NCBI GenBank assembly: GCA_965116925.1
Contig: OZ220744.1
Location: 4,640,001-4,704,000, forward strand
Reading direction: 5' to 3'
Length of the DNA stretch: 64,000 bases
From: Candidatus Poribacteria bacterium
Lineage (GTDB): Bacteria; Poribacteria; WGA-4E; PCPOR2b
Made by a program: the position numbers and the translations under genes. How positions within the stretch are numbered: the first letter of the stretch is position 1; every line of letters starts with the position of its first letter. Positions 39,752-49,295 of this stretch are shown here, in pieces. The notes under the pieces were generated by a model. It saw nothing but the letters and a program-made list of their open reading frames with translations. It was not told where the DNA came from and made no database searches.

Positions 39752-40168
39752 CCTACCTGCTTCGCTGGCTGTTTGGTTCTAAGTGGAGTATACGCCAGCC
39801 TATTTACAAATGACCTTAGGTGAGTGTTCCTCCTCTGTTCTCAAATCGGTTTTCTATTCTTTAGGGTTGATACAGGTCAACTTGTTTAGGCAACCCCTTT
39901 CCAATTAAGTCCCGCCTCTGTTGTCTCGTTTAAGAACGGACGGAATAGTTGATTCCTCCGATTTATGCCGATTTATCAAGCAGCCTTGACAAGTCCCGAT
40001 TCTCGGGATGCTCGGAACGGACCTGGAACGGCTTGGTAATGTCTCGATTAGATCGGAACAAATCAAGTCGGAAGTGGCAATTCAGATCATTATCACATGG
40101 AGTCTTCCGACCCTTCTTTGACGTTTATGACCCAACCTCAACAAACATTGTTTTCTCAATAATGGCAA

Positions 40169-41194
40169 TTATTGGTCGACCTGTTTGAGCTGTCCCCATA
40201 TTGTAAACTGTTTGTCGACAGAAGAAACCGACAACGGAGAGTTAAACCATGCAGCATTAATGTCATCATGGCGATTATTGGTGAGGTTCTGCTGATTTCC
40301 ACCATCAGCGTCCATCACGTAGATTTCACGGTTTCCATCTCTATCAGACGAGAAGGCAATCCGTTCACCGTCAGGGGACCAGGAGGGAAACCTGTCATGA
40401 ACGCGATTTTCAGTGAGTTTTTGTTGATTCCCCCCATCAGCGTCCATCACGTAGATTTCAATGTTTACAAGGTCCCCCTTCCTATCAGACGCGAAGGTAA
40501 TTCGCTTACCATCGGGGGACCATGAGGGACCCCAGTCATTCTTTCGATTTTCAGTGAGTCTTTGTTGATTTCCACCATCGGCGTTCATCACGTAGATTTC
40601 ATAAGTGACTGCAAACTTGGTTTCAAAGTGCCCCTCCCTACGGGCACCGAAGACAATGCGTTGACCATCAGGGGACCATGAGGGATGCCTATCATCAAAA
40701 AAGGGACTGTCAGTGAGTCTTTGTTGATTCTCCCCATCGGCGTCCATCACGTAGATTTCAAGAGATTGAGGGATCTTCCCATTAAACGCGACTCTACTAG
40801 ACGCGAAGGCAATCCGTTTACCGTCAGGGGACCATGAGGGATATCTGTCATCATTGCGATCCTTAGTGAGGTTTTGAGGGTTGCCCCCATCGGCGTCCAT
40901 CACGTAGATTTCAGAAGTGAGTCTACCATCTATAGCGTGCCCATCCCTATTAGAGAAAAAGGCAATGCGCTTGCCATCCGGAGACCAAGAGGGGTCCCTA
41001 TCATTAGAGGGATTGTTAGTGAGGTTTTGTTGATTCCCCCCATCGGCATCCATCACGTAAATTTCCCAGTTCCCATCCCTATCAGACGAGAAGGCAATCC
41101 GTGCTTGTGCGTCAACGCATACCATTAGCAGCGTCAGGCCCAAAACTATAACACCAGCTAAAATGAGGTGTGCAAGATTCTTCCTTCGGTGCAT
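40169..41194 (-). CDS. Secreted PD40/TolB-like beta-propeller, paralog 2
   Basis: PSWSPDG repeats; DKQFTIWGQLK tail. Confidence 0.9.
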   Translation of the reverse strand: MHRRKNLAHLILAGVIVLGLTLLMVCVDAQARIAFSSDRDGNWEIYVMDADGGNQQNLTNNPSNDRDPSWSPDGKRIAFFSNRDGHAIDGRLTSEIYVMDADGGNPQNLTKDRNDDRYPSWSPDGKRIAFASSRVAFNGKIPQSLEIYVMDADGENQQRLTDSPFFDDRHPSWSPDGQRIVFGARREGHFETKFAVTYEIYVMNADGGNQQRLTENRKNDWGPSWSPDGKRITFASDRKGDLVNIEIYVMDADGGNQQKLTENRVHDRFPSWSPDGERIAFSSDRDGNREIYVMDADGGNQQNLTNNRHDDINAAWFNSPLSVSSVDKQFTIWGQLKQVDQ

Positions 41195-41235
41195 CTGTTA
41201 TTCCTCCTCTGTTTTCAAATCGCTTTATTATTCTT

Positions 41236-41368
41236 TAGACTTACGCAGTTGAACAGTCAAAGCCCTGTAGCTCGGCGATTCATCGCCGTTGGACACCGTT
41301 ACCAACCCTGGTCTCGGAACGGACGCCCGATGAATCGGGCAACTACAATCTGGAGTGCGTAAGTCCTG
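41236..41368. mobile_element. MITE family A inserted in the leader of TolB-like paralog 2
   Basis: TAGACTTACGCA...TGCGTAAGTCCTG flanked by ATTCTT duplication; leader homology resumes after it. Confidence 0.8.
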
Positions 41369-41533
41369 ATTCTTTGGAATTGATAGAGGTCAGATTGGGT
41401 TGGCAACCCCTTTACGATTAAAAGGGCAATTCGTATTATTATCGTCCGAACTTATCGCCCCTTCGTTGGCGTTTATGAGCTACTCCCGTATGTTTCCGCG
41501 TCTCAGCAAACGCTGTTTTCTCAACAATAGCAG

Positions 41534-42496
41534 TTATCGGTCAATCTGTTTGAGCCATCCCCACATTGTAAATTTTTTGCCAGCGGGAGAGATCGAGAAA
41601 GAAGAGTTAAACCATGCAGGCTCTTCTTCATCCTCGGGATGATTGGTGAGGTTCCGAGGATTACTCCCATCGGCAGCCATGACGTAGACGTCCGGATTCA
41701 AATCCCTCGTCCTATTCGACACGAAGGCAATTCGCTTACCGTCGGGTGACCATGAGGGAGACCGATCAGCATCGGGATGATTGGTGAGGTTTTGCTTATT
41801 ATCCCCATTGGTGTCCATCACATAGATTTCCCAGTTTCTCAGCCTCCCGGAAGTAAAAGCAATGCGCTTACCGTTAGGAGACCATGAGGGGCTAGAGTCA
41901 GAATCTTCATGATGGGTGAGTCTACGCTGATTCCCCCCATTGGCGTCCATCACGTAGATGTCAATGTTCCCACCGCTACTGGAAACAAAGACAATGCGTT
42001 TACCGTCGGGTGACCATGAGGGATCCTCGTCAAAACGGTTATTATTGGTGAGATTTTTAGGGTTGCCCCCATCGGTGTCCATCACGTAGATTTCACTGCG
42101 CCCCTTCCTATCAGACACGAAGACAATCTGTTTACCGTCAGGCGACCATGAGGGGTTCCATTCATCAAAGTCATTATTAGAAAGGTTTCGCTGATTGCCC
42201 CCATCGGCATCCATCACATAGATTTGCCGGTTCCAATCCCTATCATTCCTATCAGCAGTAAAGGCAATCCGTTTACCGTCAGGCGACCATGAGGGATGTT
42301 TATCATCACCAGGATTGTTAGTGAGATTTCGCGGATTATTCCCATCGGCGTCCATCACGTAGATTTCCCAGTGCCAATCCCTATCAGACATGAAGGCAAT
42401 CCGTGCCTGTGCACCAACGGCTACCATCAGCAGCGTTAGAACCAAGACGACAACGCTAGCTGAAACCAAATATGCGAGAGTGTCCCTTCGGTGCAT
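41534..42496 (-). CDS. Secreted PD40/TolB-like beta-propeller, paralog 3
   Basis: PSWSPDG repeats; PAGKKFTMWGWLK tail. Confidence 0.9.
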   Translation of the reverse strand: MHRRDTLAYLVSASVVVLVLTLLMVAVGAQARIAFMSDRDWHWEIYVMDADGNNPRNLTNNPGDDKHPSWSPDGKRIAFTADRNDRDWNRQIYVMDADGGNQRNLSNNDFDEWNPSWSPDGKQIVFVSDRKGRSEIYVMDTDGGNPKNLTNNNRFDEDPSWSPDGKRIVFVSSSGGNIDIYVMDANGGNQRRLTHHEDSDSSPSWSPNGKRIAFTSGRLRNWEIYVMDTNGDNKQNLTNHPDADRSPSWSPDGKRIAFVSNRTRDLNPDVYVMAADGSNPRNLTNHPEDEEEPAWFNSSFSISPAGKKFTMWGWLKQIDR

Positions 42497-42551
42497 CTGT
42501 TATCCCTCCTCTGTTCTCAAATCGGTTTATTATTTTTTGGGGTTGATATAA

Positions 42552-42620
42552 AGTATATCAACCAATAATCTCAAAATACCAGCCAACTTTAAGGAGTCTG
42601 GACAGAATACGTCTACACTC
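42552..42620. promoter_or_regulatory. Promoter/operator module copy D
   Basis: Minus-strand TGnTATACT, CCAG, GAC-N7-GTC at identical spacing. Confidence 0.7.
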
Positions 42621-42672
42621 TCTGGAAAATGGTTGAGATTACATGCAAGAATAATTTATATTGTTATATTGT

Positions 42673-42857
42673 TAGGAGTTACGCACTTCAGTTTGTAGTA
42701 GCGCAATTCATTGCACGTTACCACGGGCGATAAATCGCCCGACTACGAACCTTTATCCCTATTGTAGTTGCCCGATTCATCGGGCGTTGGAAACGGTATC
42801 CTACGGCGATTCATCGCCGAGCTACAGGGCTTTGATTGTTCAACTGTGTAAGTCCTA
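42673..42857. mobile_element. MITE family A
   Basis: TAGGAGTTACGCA...TGTGTAAGTCCTA with TATTGT duplication. Confidence 0.8.
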
Positions 42858-42875
42858 TATTGTATAAAATAATCT

Positions 42876-43091
42876 AAGTTGCTAGTTGTTGTTCCGGTGT
42901 TTGTCTGAACCGTGAAACGAAGCGTAATAGGTAATGCGAGGATCGCAGATTAGGCAATCTGCGCCACGATTAGTAACATTTGCCCGACGACTGGGATTCT
43001 ATAACATAAACCAAGTCGTTAGAATCAGACAGAAAGCGAGTTTTGAAGAAAAAACTCGGTTTATAGTGCTTGGTCTATCAACTAGCAACTT
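42876..43091. mobile_element. Possible third MITE with 13-bp IR, carrying palindrome copy 5 (43031-43062)
   Basis: AAGTTGCTAGTTG...CAACTAGCAACTT. Confidence 0.5.
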
Positions 43092-43151
43092 GCGTTAAAA
43101 TAACGTGATTCTCAACTTTTATAGAAAAATGAATTACATAGGAGGACAACC

Positions 43152-43961
43152 ATGTCAAATATGTCAAAACACGTGACAACCTGTATTCTTGTTGCAACTT
43201 TTTTTACTGCCGTGATTACACCGGTTTTTGGACATGAGCAGCAGTGGATATTGCCCAACTTTTTCTATACGGACCATGAATCTCCTTGGTTGGGTATGGA
43301 GCACACAGCGGGAGATCAACGGTTTGTCTCTGGACATGGGTTAGGAAGCCCTTTATGGATTATCCATCCGGAAGGATGGCGTATGGGACGACCATCATCT
43401 ATTTTTGTTGGTCAGACGAGGACTGTCGGGGAGATAGAACTGCGAGAGCCGGGCACCTATCGAATCGAAACAAACCATCCGGTCCAATATGTGACAGAAT
43501 TTGAGGTAGATGGCAAAAAGAGGTGGGCTGGCAAATCGAAAGACCAACTACCCGGCAAAAAGATTCTCCAGTCGGCACATCGATGGTCTCAGACCACCAC
43601 TTTTGTGACGGTGAAGAAATATACGAAACGTGTTTTGGAACCTGCCGGTGCATTTTTAGAAATCGTGCCAGTAACCCATCCAAACAAGATTTTTGTGGGA
43701 AAGCCATTTGCAGTTCGCGTTCTATCAAGAGGTCAACTGGTTCCGGGCCAAGAGGTTCAAGCTTACTCGGAGATGGACAGCGGACATGACACACCCCTAG
43801 TAACAGTTACCAACGCCGATGGTGAATGTGAATTAACCTTTCCATCTTCCGGTATGTATCTACTAACCGCCCGACTCCGTCAGGATGCCAAAGATTCTTC
43901 CCGCGCCAATATTGATGTATTTAATGTATCAATGCTGGTAGAGGTTAGGAAGAAAAGGTAA
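43152..43961 (+). CDS. DUF4198 (NikM-like/metal uptake-associated) exported protein
   Basis: Signal peptide followed by His; LEIVPVTHP, TNADG, GMYLL. Confidence 0.8.
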   Translation: MSNMSKHVTTCILVATFFTAVITPVFGHEQQWILPNFFYTDHESPWLGMEHTAGDQRFVSGHGLGSPLWIIHPEGWRMGRPSSIFVGQTRTVGEIELREPGTYRIETNHPVQYVTEFEVDGKKRWAGKSKDQLPGKKILQSAHRWSQTTTFVTVKKYTKRVLEPAGAFLEIVPVTHPNKIFVGKPFAVRVLSRGQLVPGQEVQAYSEMDSGHDTPLVTVTNADGECELTFPSSGMYLLTARLRQDAKDSSRANIDVFNVSMLVEVRKKR

Positions 43962-44193
43962 CAGTATTGATGTGTCTGCTGTCGGTCTGGTAAGTTGACA
44001 ATTCCTTGCTTTGGATTTTTGAGCTTCGTTGCTGTGGTTATTTTGGCTACGATTAAATATCGACAGAACCCGTCTACGGGCGGGGAGACCCCGCCCCTAC
44101 GATTTCACTTCGCATTTTGCACTTTTTTTTTACATGAGCCCACACTTTAACTGCGTACTCCCCGGTTTATGTGAGGGACGAGGGTGAAATTGC

Positions 44194-44222
44194 TTGACTT
44201 TGAAATCCGATTCCACTACAAT
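44194..44222 (+). promoter_or_regulatory. Sigma70-type promoter
   Basis: TTGACT-17-TACAAT upstream of 44277. Confidence 0.6.
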
Positions 44223-44276
44223 CAGCGGAATTGAACTTGTTCGCACAACGTATGACCACTTCAAAAGGAGCAGTTT

Positions 44277-45362
44277 ATGACCACGCCATCTTTCACCCGA
44301 TCTACCCCACAAGACCTTGTCCGCGTTGGTGTGATAGCCGGTCCCGGCGGGCACATGCACGGTATCTGGGGCAATACGATGAACCCGCCCGCGGGTCAGA
44401 TCCGCACGACAGGTATGCTGCTGACACACGCTTGGACCATTAGACCTGATATGGGCGAGCGACTGAATTCACTATTCCAAGGCGTTGAAATTGTCGGACA
44501 CCCCGCTGATATGATCGGCAAGGTTGATGGCGTGTACATCGACGATGTCACTGCGATTTCGTTGTATCCGCTGTTCGCAAAGCCTTTCCTTGAAGCAGGC
44601 GTCCCGACCTTTGTCAATCGCCCCTTTGCTACCTCTCTAGCGAAGGGTCAGGCGATGGTAGATTTGGCGGAGAAACACGGCACCCCACTCTTGACCGCAT
44701 CAACGTGGGAGTATACCGAGAGCGTGGGCGACCTGCGTGCGAAAGCCGCTGACCTGAACGACATCAAAGGCTATGTCGCACACAATTCGATGAGCGATTA
44801 CTATTCGCACGGGCTACACGGCGTATGGTACATCCACGCTGTCCTGCGGGACGAGATTAAGAAAGGTCGGGGAAGAATGACGGGGGCGGCGTATCACACC
44901 CCGAATTGGCGAAAGCCGAATGGCCTTGTGGTGTATGAGCATGACCATCCGACGCATCCGTACTACGGTTCATTGGAATTGGTGAGTGGGGCGGATGCAC
45001 AGGGGTATATGCGTATTTTCGGGGACCATCAAGGCGATGCGGAGGGCAAGATACCGGGGCGTCCGGGGCATTTTCGCTACAACACGTGGAACGCCTTGCA
45101 GCTGGTTATTCAGGAGATGTTTGAAACAGGCGAATCACCGGAGACCGGCGACGACTTAATGGAAAAATTGACGATGTTTCTCCTACCGTTCTATTCGACT
45201 CTGGAACGTAGCGGAAACTTTGTCCGTCGTGAGGAATTGGGAGATTGGGAGGTTCCGAACCCGTCGCCTGTGTTGATGGAGGATGGAGAGCCGACGGATA
45301 GCGCATTCCAACAACCGTACACCGAGGCGGAGTTAGATAATGTTGAGGATATGTTGTCATAA
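44277..45362 (+). CDS. Gfo/Idh/MocA-like oxidoreductase (divergent)
   Basis: VRVGVI, MIGKVDGV, LEAGVPTFVNRPFA, HGLH. Confidence 0.7.
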   Translation: MTTPSFTRSTPQDLVRVGVIAGPGGHMHGIWGNTMNPPAGQIRTTGMLLTHAWTIRPDMGERLNSLFQGVEIVGHPADMIGKVDGVYIDDVTAISLYPLFAKPFLEAGVPTFVNRPFATSLAKGQAMVDLAEKHGTPLLTASTWEYTESVGDLRAKAADLNDIKGYVAHNSMSDYYSHGLHGVWYIHAVLRDEIKKGRGRMTGAAYHTPNWRKPNGLVVYEHDHPTHPYYGSLELVSGADAQGYMRIFGDHQGDAEGKIPGRPGHFRYNTWNALQLVIQEMFETGESPETGDDLMEKLTMFLLPFYSTLERSGNFVRREELGDWEVPNPSPVLMEDGEPTDSAFQQPYTEAELDNVEDMLS

Positions 45363-45509
45363 TAACTGGTGCTAGTTTGCAAATGTTGATACGCTTACCG
45401 ATCAAAAAACCGCGAGTGAAACGTGATGCGTGAAACGTGAAAACCATTTGTTCGTGGGTTCATGAATGAACTAGTGAACTAATGAACTTTTGAACTAGGA
45501 GGGTAAGTT

Positions 45510-46319
45510 ATGAGAGTCGGTATACACGCAGGTTCCAGCAGTGCAGACGAAATTGCGGCGAGTTGTCGTGATGCAGGGGTGAATGAGATTTTTCTCGGCG
45601 CGGGTGCGGTTCCGGGTGCTTCAGATCGAGGGTATATGACGTCGGACGACTTCAAGCCTTTTAGGGATACGCTTCAAGAGTGCGGGGTTCAGGTATCTGG
45701 GATGATTGCACCGCCGCCCTCCAAAGAGGCGGTGCTCGGTGAAAATGAGTCAGAACTAGATGCCCTGTGCCGGACGCTGCGCGGGATAGGGGAATCCGGT
45801 GTTGATGTCGTGCTTTTCTATCCGCTGGATCGGTTAATCTATTTTAACGAATATCACCCCGGCAGACCGCTGATGGTGATGCCGGGTGAGGACGGGTGGG
45901 ATACGGTTATTCAATTTTTTAGGCGGGTGGTGGGTGTAGCTGACGAGGTAAATCTGAAGTTGGCAAATCATCTATGGGCGATCGATGTGCTGCACGAGGT
46001 TTGGGAGACGGTGCCAAGCCCCAATAACGGCGTGACCTACTGCCAAGGGATGTCTCTCTTTGGTGAAGACCCGCATTCACCCGTTGAGACATGGGGTATG
46101 GATCGGATCTTTTTCTCTCATGCGCGTAACCAAGTTAGACACAGTCAAGTCATGATGGATCACGACGAGGTGCCGCTGGACAGCGGTGATGTCGACATCC
46201 CCCGATGTGTAAGGGCGCTGATGAAAGCGGAATACGATGGACTCATTATTCCCGAACATCTCGGTCCTCAGAGCATTCCCGATGCCGTCGCCTATCTGAA
46301 AGGGCTGATTGATAGCTAA
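45510..46319 (+). CDS. Xylose-isomerase-like TIM barrel (UxuA/sugar epimerase-like)
   Basis: VPSPNNGVTYC, HARN, GDVD, YDGLIIPEH. Confidence 0.75.
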   Translation: MRVGIHAGSSSADEIAASCRDAGVNEIFLGAGAVPGASDRGYMTSDDFKPFRDTLQECGVQVSGMIAPPPSKEAVLGENESELDALCRTLRGIGESGVDVVLFYPLDRLIYFNEYHPGRPLMVMPGEDGWDTVIQFFRRVVGVADEVNLKLANHLWAIDVLHEVWETVPSPNNGVTYCQGMSLFGEDPHSPVETWGMDRIFFSHARNQVRHSQVMMDHDEVPLDSGDVDIPRCVRALMKAEYDGLIIPEHLGPQSIPDAVAYLKGLIDS

Positions 46320-46368
46320 TCGCGCTTAAGTTCTGTTAATATTTGAAAATTGAGCCAATATTGATGCA

Positions 46369-46624
46369 TCTGAAGCAGTATTTTGGGCAACCACAAGGGT
46401 TGCCCCTACATTGGGTCAATTCCTGTAGGGGTTGGGTTTCCCAACCCTTTGGGCGAGGAAACCTCGCCCCTACGACAGGGAACTTATAGGCGAATTTCTG
46501 AAGCAGTATTTTGGGCAACCACAAGGGTTGCCCCTACATTGGGTCAATTCCTGTAGGGGTTGGGTTTCCCAACCCTTTGGGCGAGGAAACCTCGCCCCTA
46601 CGACAGGGAACTTATAGGCGAATT
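46369..46624. repeat. Exact 2 x 128-bp tandem duplication of REP-like hairpins
   Basis: Unit starts 46369 and 46497; GTAGGGG/CCCCTAC palindromes. Confidence 0.9.
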
Positions 46625-46688
46625 ATTGATGAACGAAAAAGCACCCGTGCAAAAACTCGAAACCTTCGCACGGGTGCCAGATTCTACT

Positions 46689-47951
46689 TTAGCGGGACCA
46701 GACCGACTGATAAAGTCCCTCTGTCCCTTCCTCTGCTGGATAAGCGATCGCCGCAGATGGGTATACCGCTACCTTCGGTTTCTGGTCTCGATATATCTGC
46801 TTCAACATATCCAAAATCTCATCCCACGAGTCCATTAATTTGGCTCTGGGTTGCGCTTCCAAGACCTCCATCGGACCCACAGCGTCGGAGAAGAGGATAT
46901 AATCCCAGTCCTCAGATCTGACCAACGGCTTCCGTTCTTCGCGTTCTTGGCCTTCAGCCTCACGGCGAAGTCTCGACCCAATGATGCCCGCTCGGTGATA
47001 ACACACACCCTCATCCCCGGAGGAGACCAAGATGCGCGTCGCTTCCGGCGATGCATGCCGCATGGGCCACCCACCGATCTGTCCATAGCTGAGATCATGA
47101 TCACGGGGATAGCCGGTAGTGACTACGATGTCGGCATCCTTCATCGGCGTAATCGCATAGGCGACCCTTGAGGTCTCGACAGCAGCGCGATGAGCGTCAA
47201 CCAAATCCCCGACGAAAAGGGCGGTAATCTCCCGTCTGTCGTTAAGGGTAGTTATCACCGTTGTATTCACCCCCAGCATTCGGGCAGCTTCCTCGGAGTT
47301 GAGCCGAAATTCATTCTCGACGTTCCCCGCATTTCCACCGCTTTCCATCGTTCCGTGGGCGGTGCTGATGGTTTTATGGTTCGACACGCCGGGGATGACA
47401 ATCTTCCCACCGCCGCTAAACGCCGCGGTCCCATGGGGCCAAGCACCCCCGACGCCGATCTTTACATCGCAGTCTACCACCCATTGGTTGCAGTGGAGCG
47501 GGACCCCACGCGAGGTCTCGCCTATGTAGATGTAGGCGTCGTCCAACTCGTTCTGCTTGACACGAAAACGGCGTACCGTGTCCTCGCCCAACTTCTTCAC
47601 CAAGTCAGCATGCTTCATGCTTCTGTGACAACCGAAGCCCATGAAGAAAATGATATTTTCTTCAGAAATACCGCCCTCCTGAAGCTCCTCTAGAATAAAG
47701 GGGATCACCTCTGAAGAGGGGGTTGGACGGGTTAAATCGTCGCAAATGATGACAGCACTGTTTTGGCCCTGGGCTATCTCCGCAATGCGTGGTGACCCAA
47801 TCGGTTCATGGAACGCCTGTCGGAGTTGGTCTTGGGTCAGTACCGGATGCTTTTCATACGCAATGACGTTGATGTCCCAATCGTCGGGAAACGTCAAGTC
47901 GACTTCTCTATCACCATACCAAGCACCTGTTAAAACTTGAACAGATTGCAT
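46689..47951 (-). CDS. LarA (lactate racemase superfamily, DUF2088) homolog 1
   Basis: DDLTRPTP, GCHR, PHGTAAFSGGGK. Confidence 0.85.
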   Translation of the reverse strand: MQSVQVLTGAWYGDREVDLTFPDDWDINVIAYEKHPVLTQDQLRQAFHEPIGSPRIAEIAQGQNSAVIICDDLTRPTPSSEVIPFILEELQEGGISEENIIFFMGFGCHRSMKHADLVKKLGEDTVRRFRVKQNELDDAYIYIGETSRGVPLHCNQWVVDCDVKIGVGGAWPHGTAAFSGGGKIVIPGVSNHKTISTAHGTMESGGNAGNVENEFRLNSEEAARMLGVNTTVITTLNDRREITALFVGDLVDAHRAAVETSRVAYAITPMKDADIVVTTGYPRDHDLSYGQIGGWPMRHASPEATRILVSSGDEGVCYHRAGIIGSRLRREAEGQEREERKPLVRSEDWDYILFSDAVGPMEVLEAQPRAKLMDSWDEILDMLKQIYRDQKPKVAVYPSAAIAYPAEEGTEGLYQSVWSR

Positions 47952-47980
47952 ATTTTTCTCCTTCTATCTAGAGCCGTACT

Positions 47981-49204
47981 CTAATCCCGTGGATAAGCGA
48001 TCGCTGACGAGCGATATATCGCTACCTTCGGCTTCTGGTCACGATATTTCTGCTTCAGAAAGTCGAGAATTTCATCCCACGATTCCATCAATTTGGCTTT
48101 GGGGTGAACTTCCAATACCTCCATCGGACCCACGGCATCAGAGAAGAGGATATAATCCCAGTCCTCCGATCTAACCAGCGGCTTCCGTTCTTCGCGTTCA
48201 CGGTTCTCCGCTTCACGAAGTTGTCTGCCTCGGAGGAAGCCTGCCCGATGATAGCCAACCCCCTCGGTGCCGGTGTTAATCAGAATACGCGTTGCCTCCG
48301 GTTGAGAATGTCTCATGGGCCAACCGCCCTGACCGCCGTATGGAAGGTCATGGTCACGGGGATAGCCGGTGGTAATTACAATATCGGCGTCGGACATTAC
48401 TTGGACCGCGTAAGCCTCTCTCGCCTCCTTAACGGCGGTGCGGTGTGCTTCGACCAAATCGCCCACAAAAAGCCCAGTAATCTCGCGTTTATAGTCCAAG
48501 ATGGTGAGCACCGTTGTATTCAATCCAGCCATTCGAGCGGCTTCTTCGGAGTTAAGGCGAAATTCATTTTCAACATTTCCAGCCCTGCCCCCGCCCTTCA
48601 ACGTGCCGTGTGCGGTGCTGATAGTTTTGTAACTTGCTATACCGGGGATAGCGAGTTTTCCACCGCCGCTGAAACCTGCCGTACCGTGTGGCCACGTTCC
48701 ACCGATACCAATTTTGAGCTCGCAGTCCATCACCCACTGGTTGATATGCAGCGGAACTCCCCGCGACGTGTCCCCTAAATAGACGAATGGATCATCCAAC
48801 TCATTCTGTTTGACTCGGATACGATTTACAGTATCCTCACCGAGTTTCTTTGTGATGTCATCGTGCCGCATCTGTCTGTGGCAGCCATGCCCTATGAAAA
48901 TTAAGATATCCTCTTCAGCGATGCCCCCTTCACCCAATTCATCTAAGATGAAGGGCATGACCTCTGAGGTCGGAGTGGGCCGCGTGAGATCATCGGCAAT
49001 GAGGACAGCACTTTTCTTTCCCTGCGCGAGTTCTGCGATTCTCGGTGACCCAATCGGTTGATGGAACGCCTGCCGCAGCTGATCTTGTGTCAGCACCGGG
49101 CGTTCTTCAAAAGCGATAAGGTTAAGGTCCCAACCGTCAGGAAACGTTAAGTCCACCTCTCGGTCGCCATACCAAGCGGCTGTCAAAACCTGAACTGATT
49201 GCAT
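47981..49204 (-). CDS. LarA superfamily homolog 2 (tandem paralog)
   Basis: DDLTRPTP, GCHR, PHGTAGFSGGGK; colinear with homolog 1. Confidence 0.85.
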   Translation of the reverse strand: MQSVQVLTAAWYGDREVDLTFPDGWDLNLIAFEERPVLTQDQLRQAFHQPIGSPRIAELAQGKKSAVLIADDLTRPTPTSEVMPFILDELGEGGIAEEDILIFIGHGCHRQMRHDDITKKLGEDTVNRIRVKQNELDDPFVYLGDTSRGVPLHINQWVMDCELKIGIGGTWPHGTAGFSGGGKLAIPGIASYKTISTAHGTLKGGGRAGNVENEFRLNSEEAARMAGLNTTVLTILDYKREITGLFVGDLVEAHRTAVKEAREAYAVQVMSDADIVITTGYPRDHDLPYGGQGGWPMRHSQPEATRILINTGTEGVGYHRAGFLRGRQLREAENREREERKPLVRSEDWDYILFSDAVGPMEVLEVHPKAKLMESWDEILDFLKQKYRDQKPKVAIYRSSAIAYPRD

Positions 49205-49295
49205 TATCAATCCCCCTTGCGGAATTAGTGAATCTATAGATGAGGCAACCGCGAGAGTTACCTCGTTGTTAAGACGTTAAGTCGAGAAGATGGTA

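Noticed and set aside
37976..42496. Calling these genes true tolB, or a DGR target array
   Set aside because: No TolB N-terminal domain or tol-pal context; no reverse transcriptase, and no adenine-specific TR/VR pair noticed
46336..46921. Short ORFs over the tandem duplication
   Set aside because: Translations of REP-like repeats and of the antisense strand of larA
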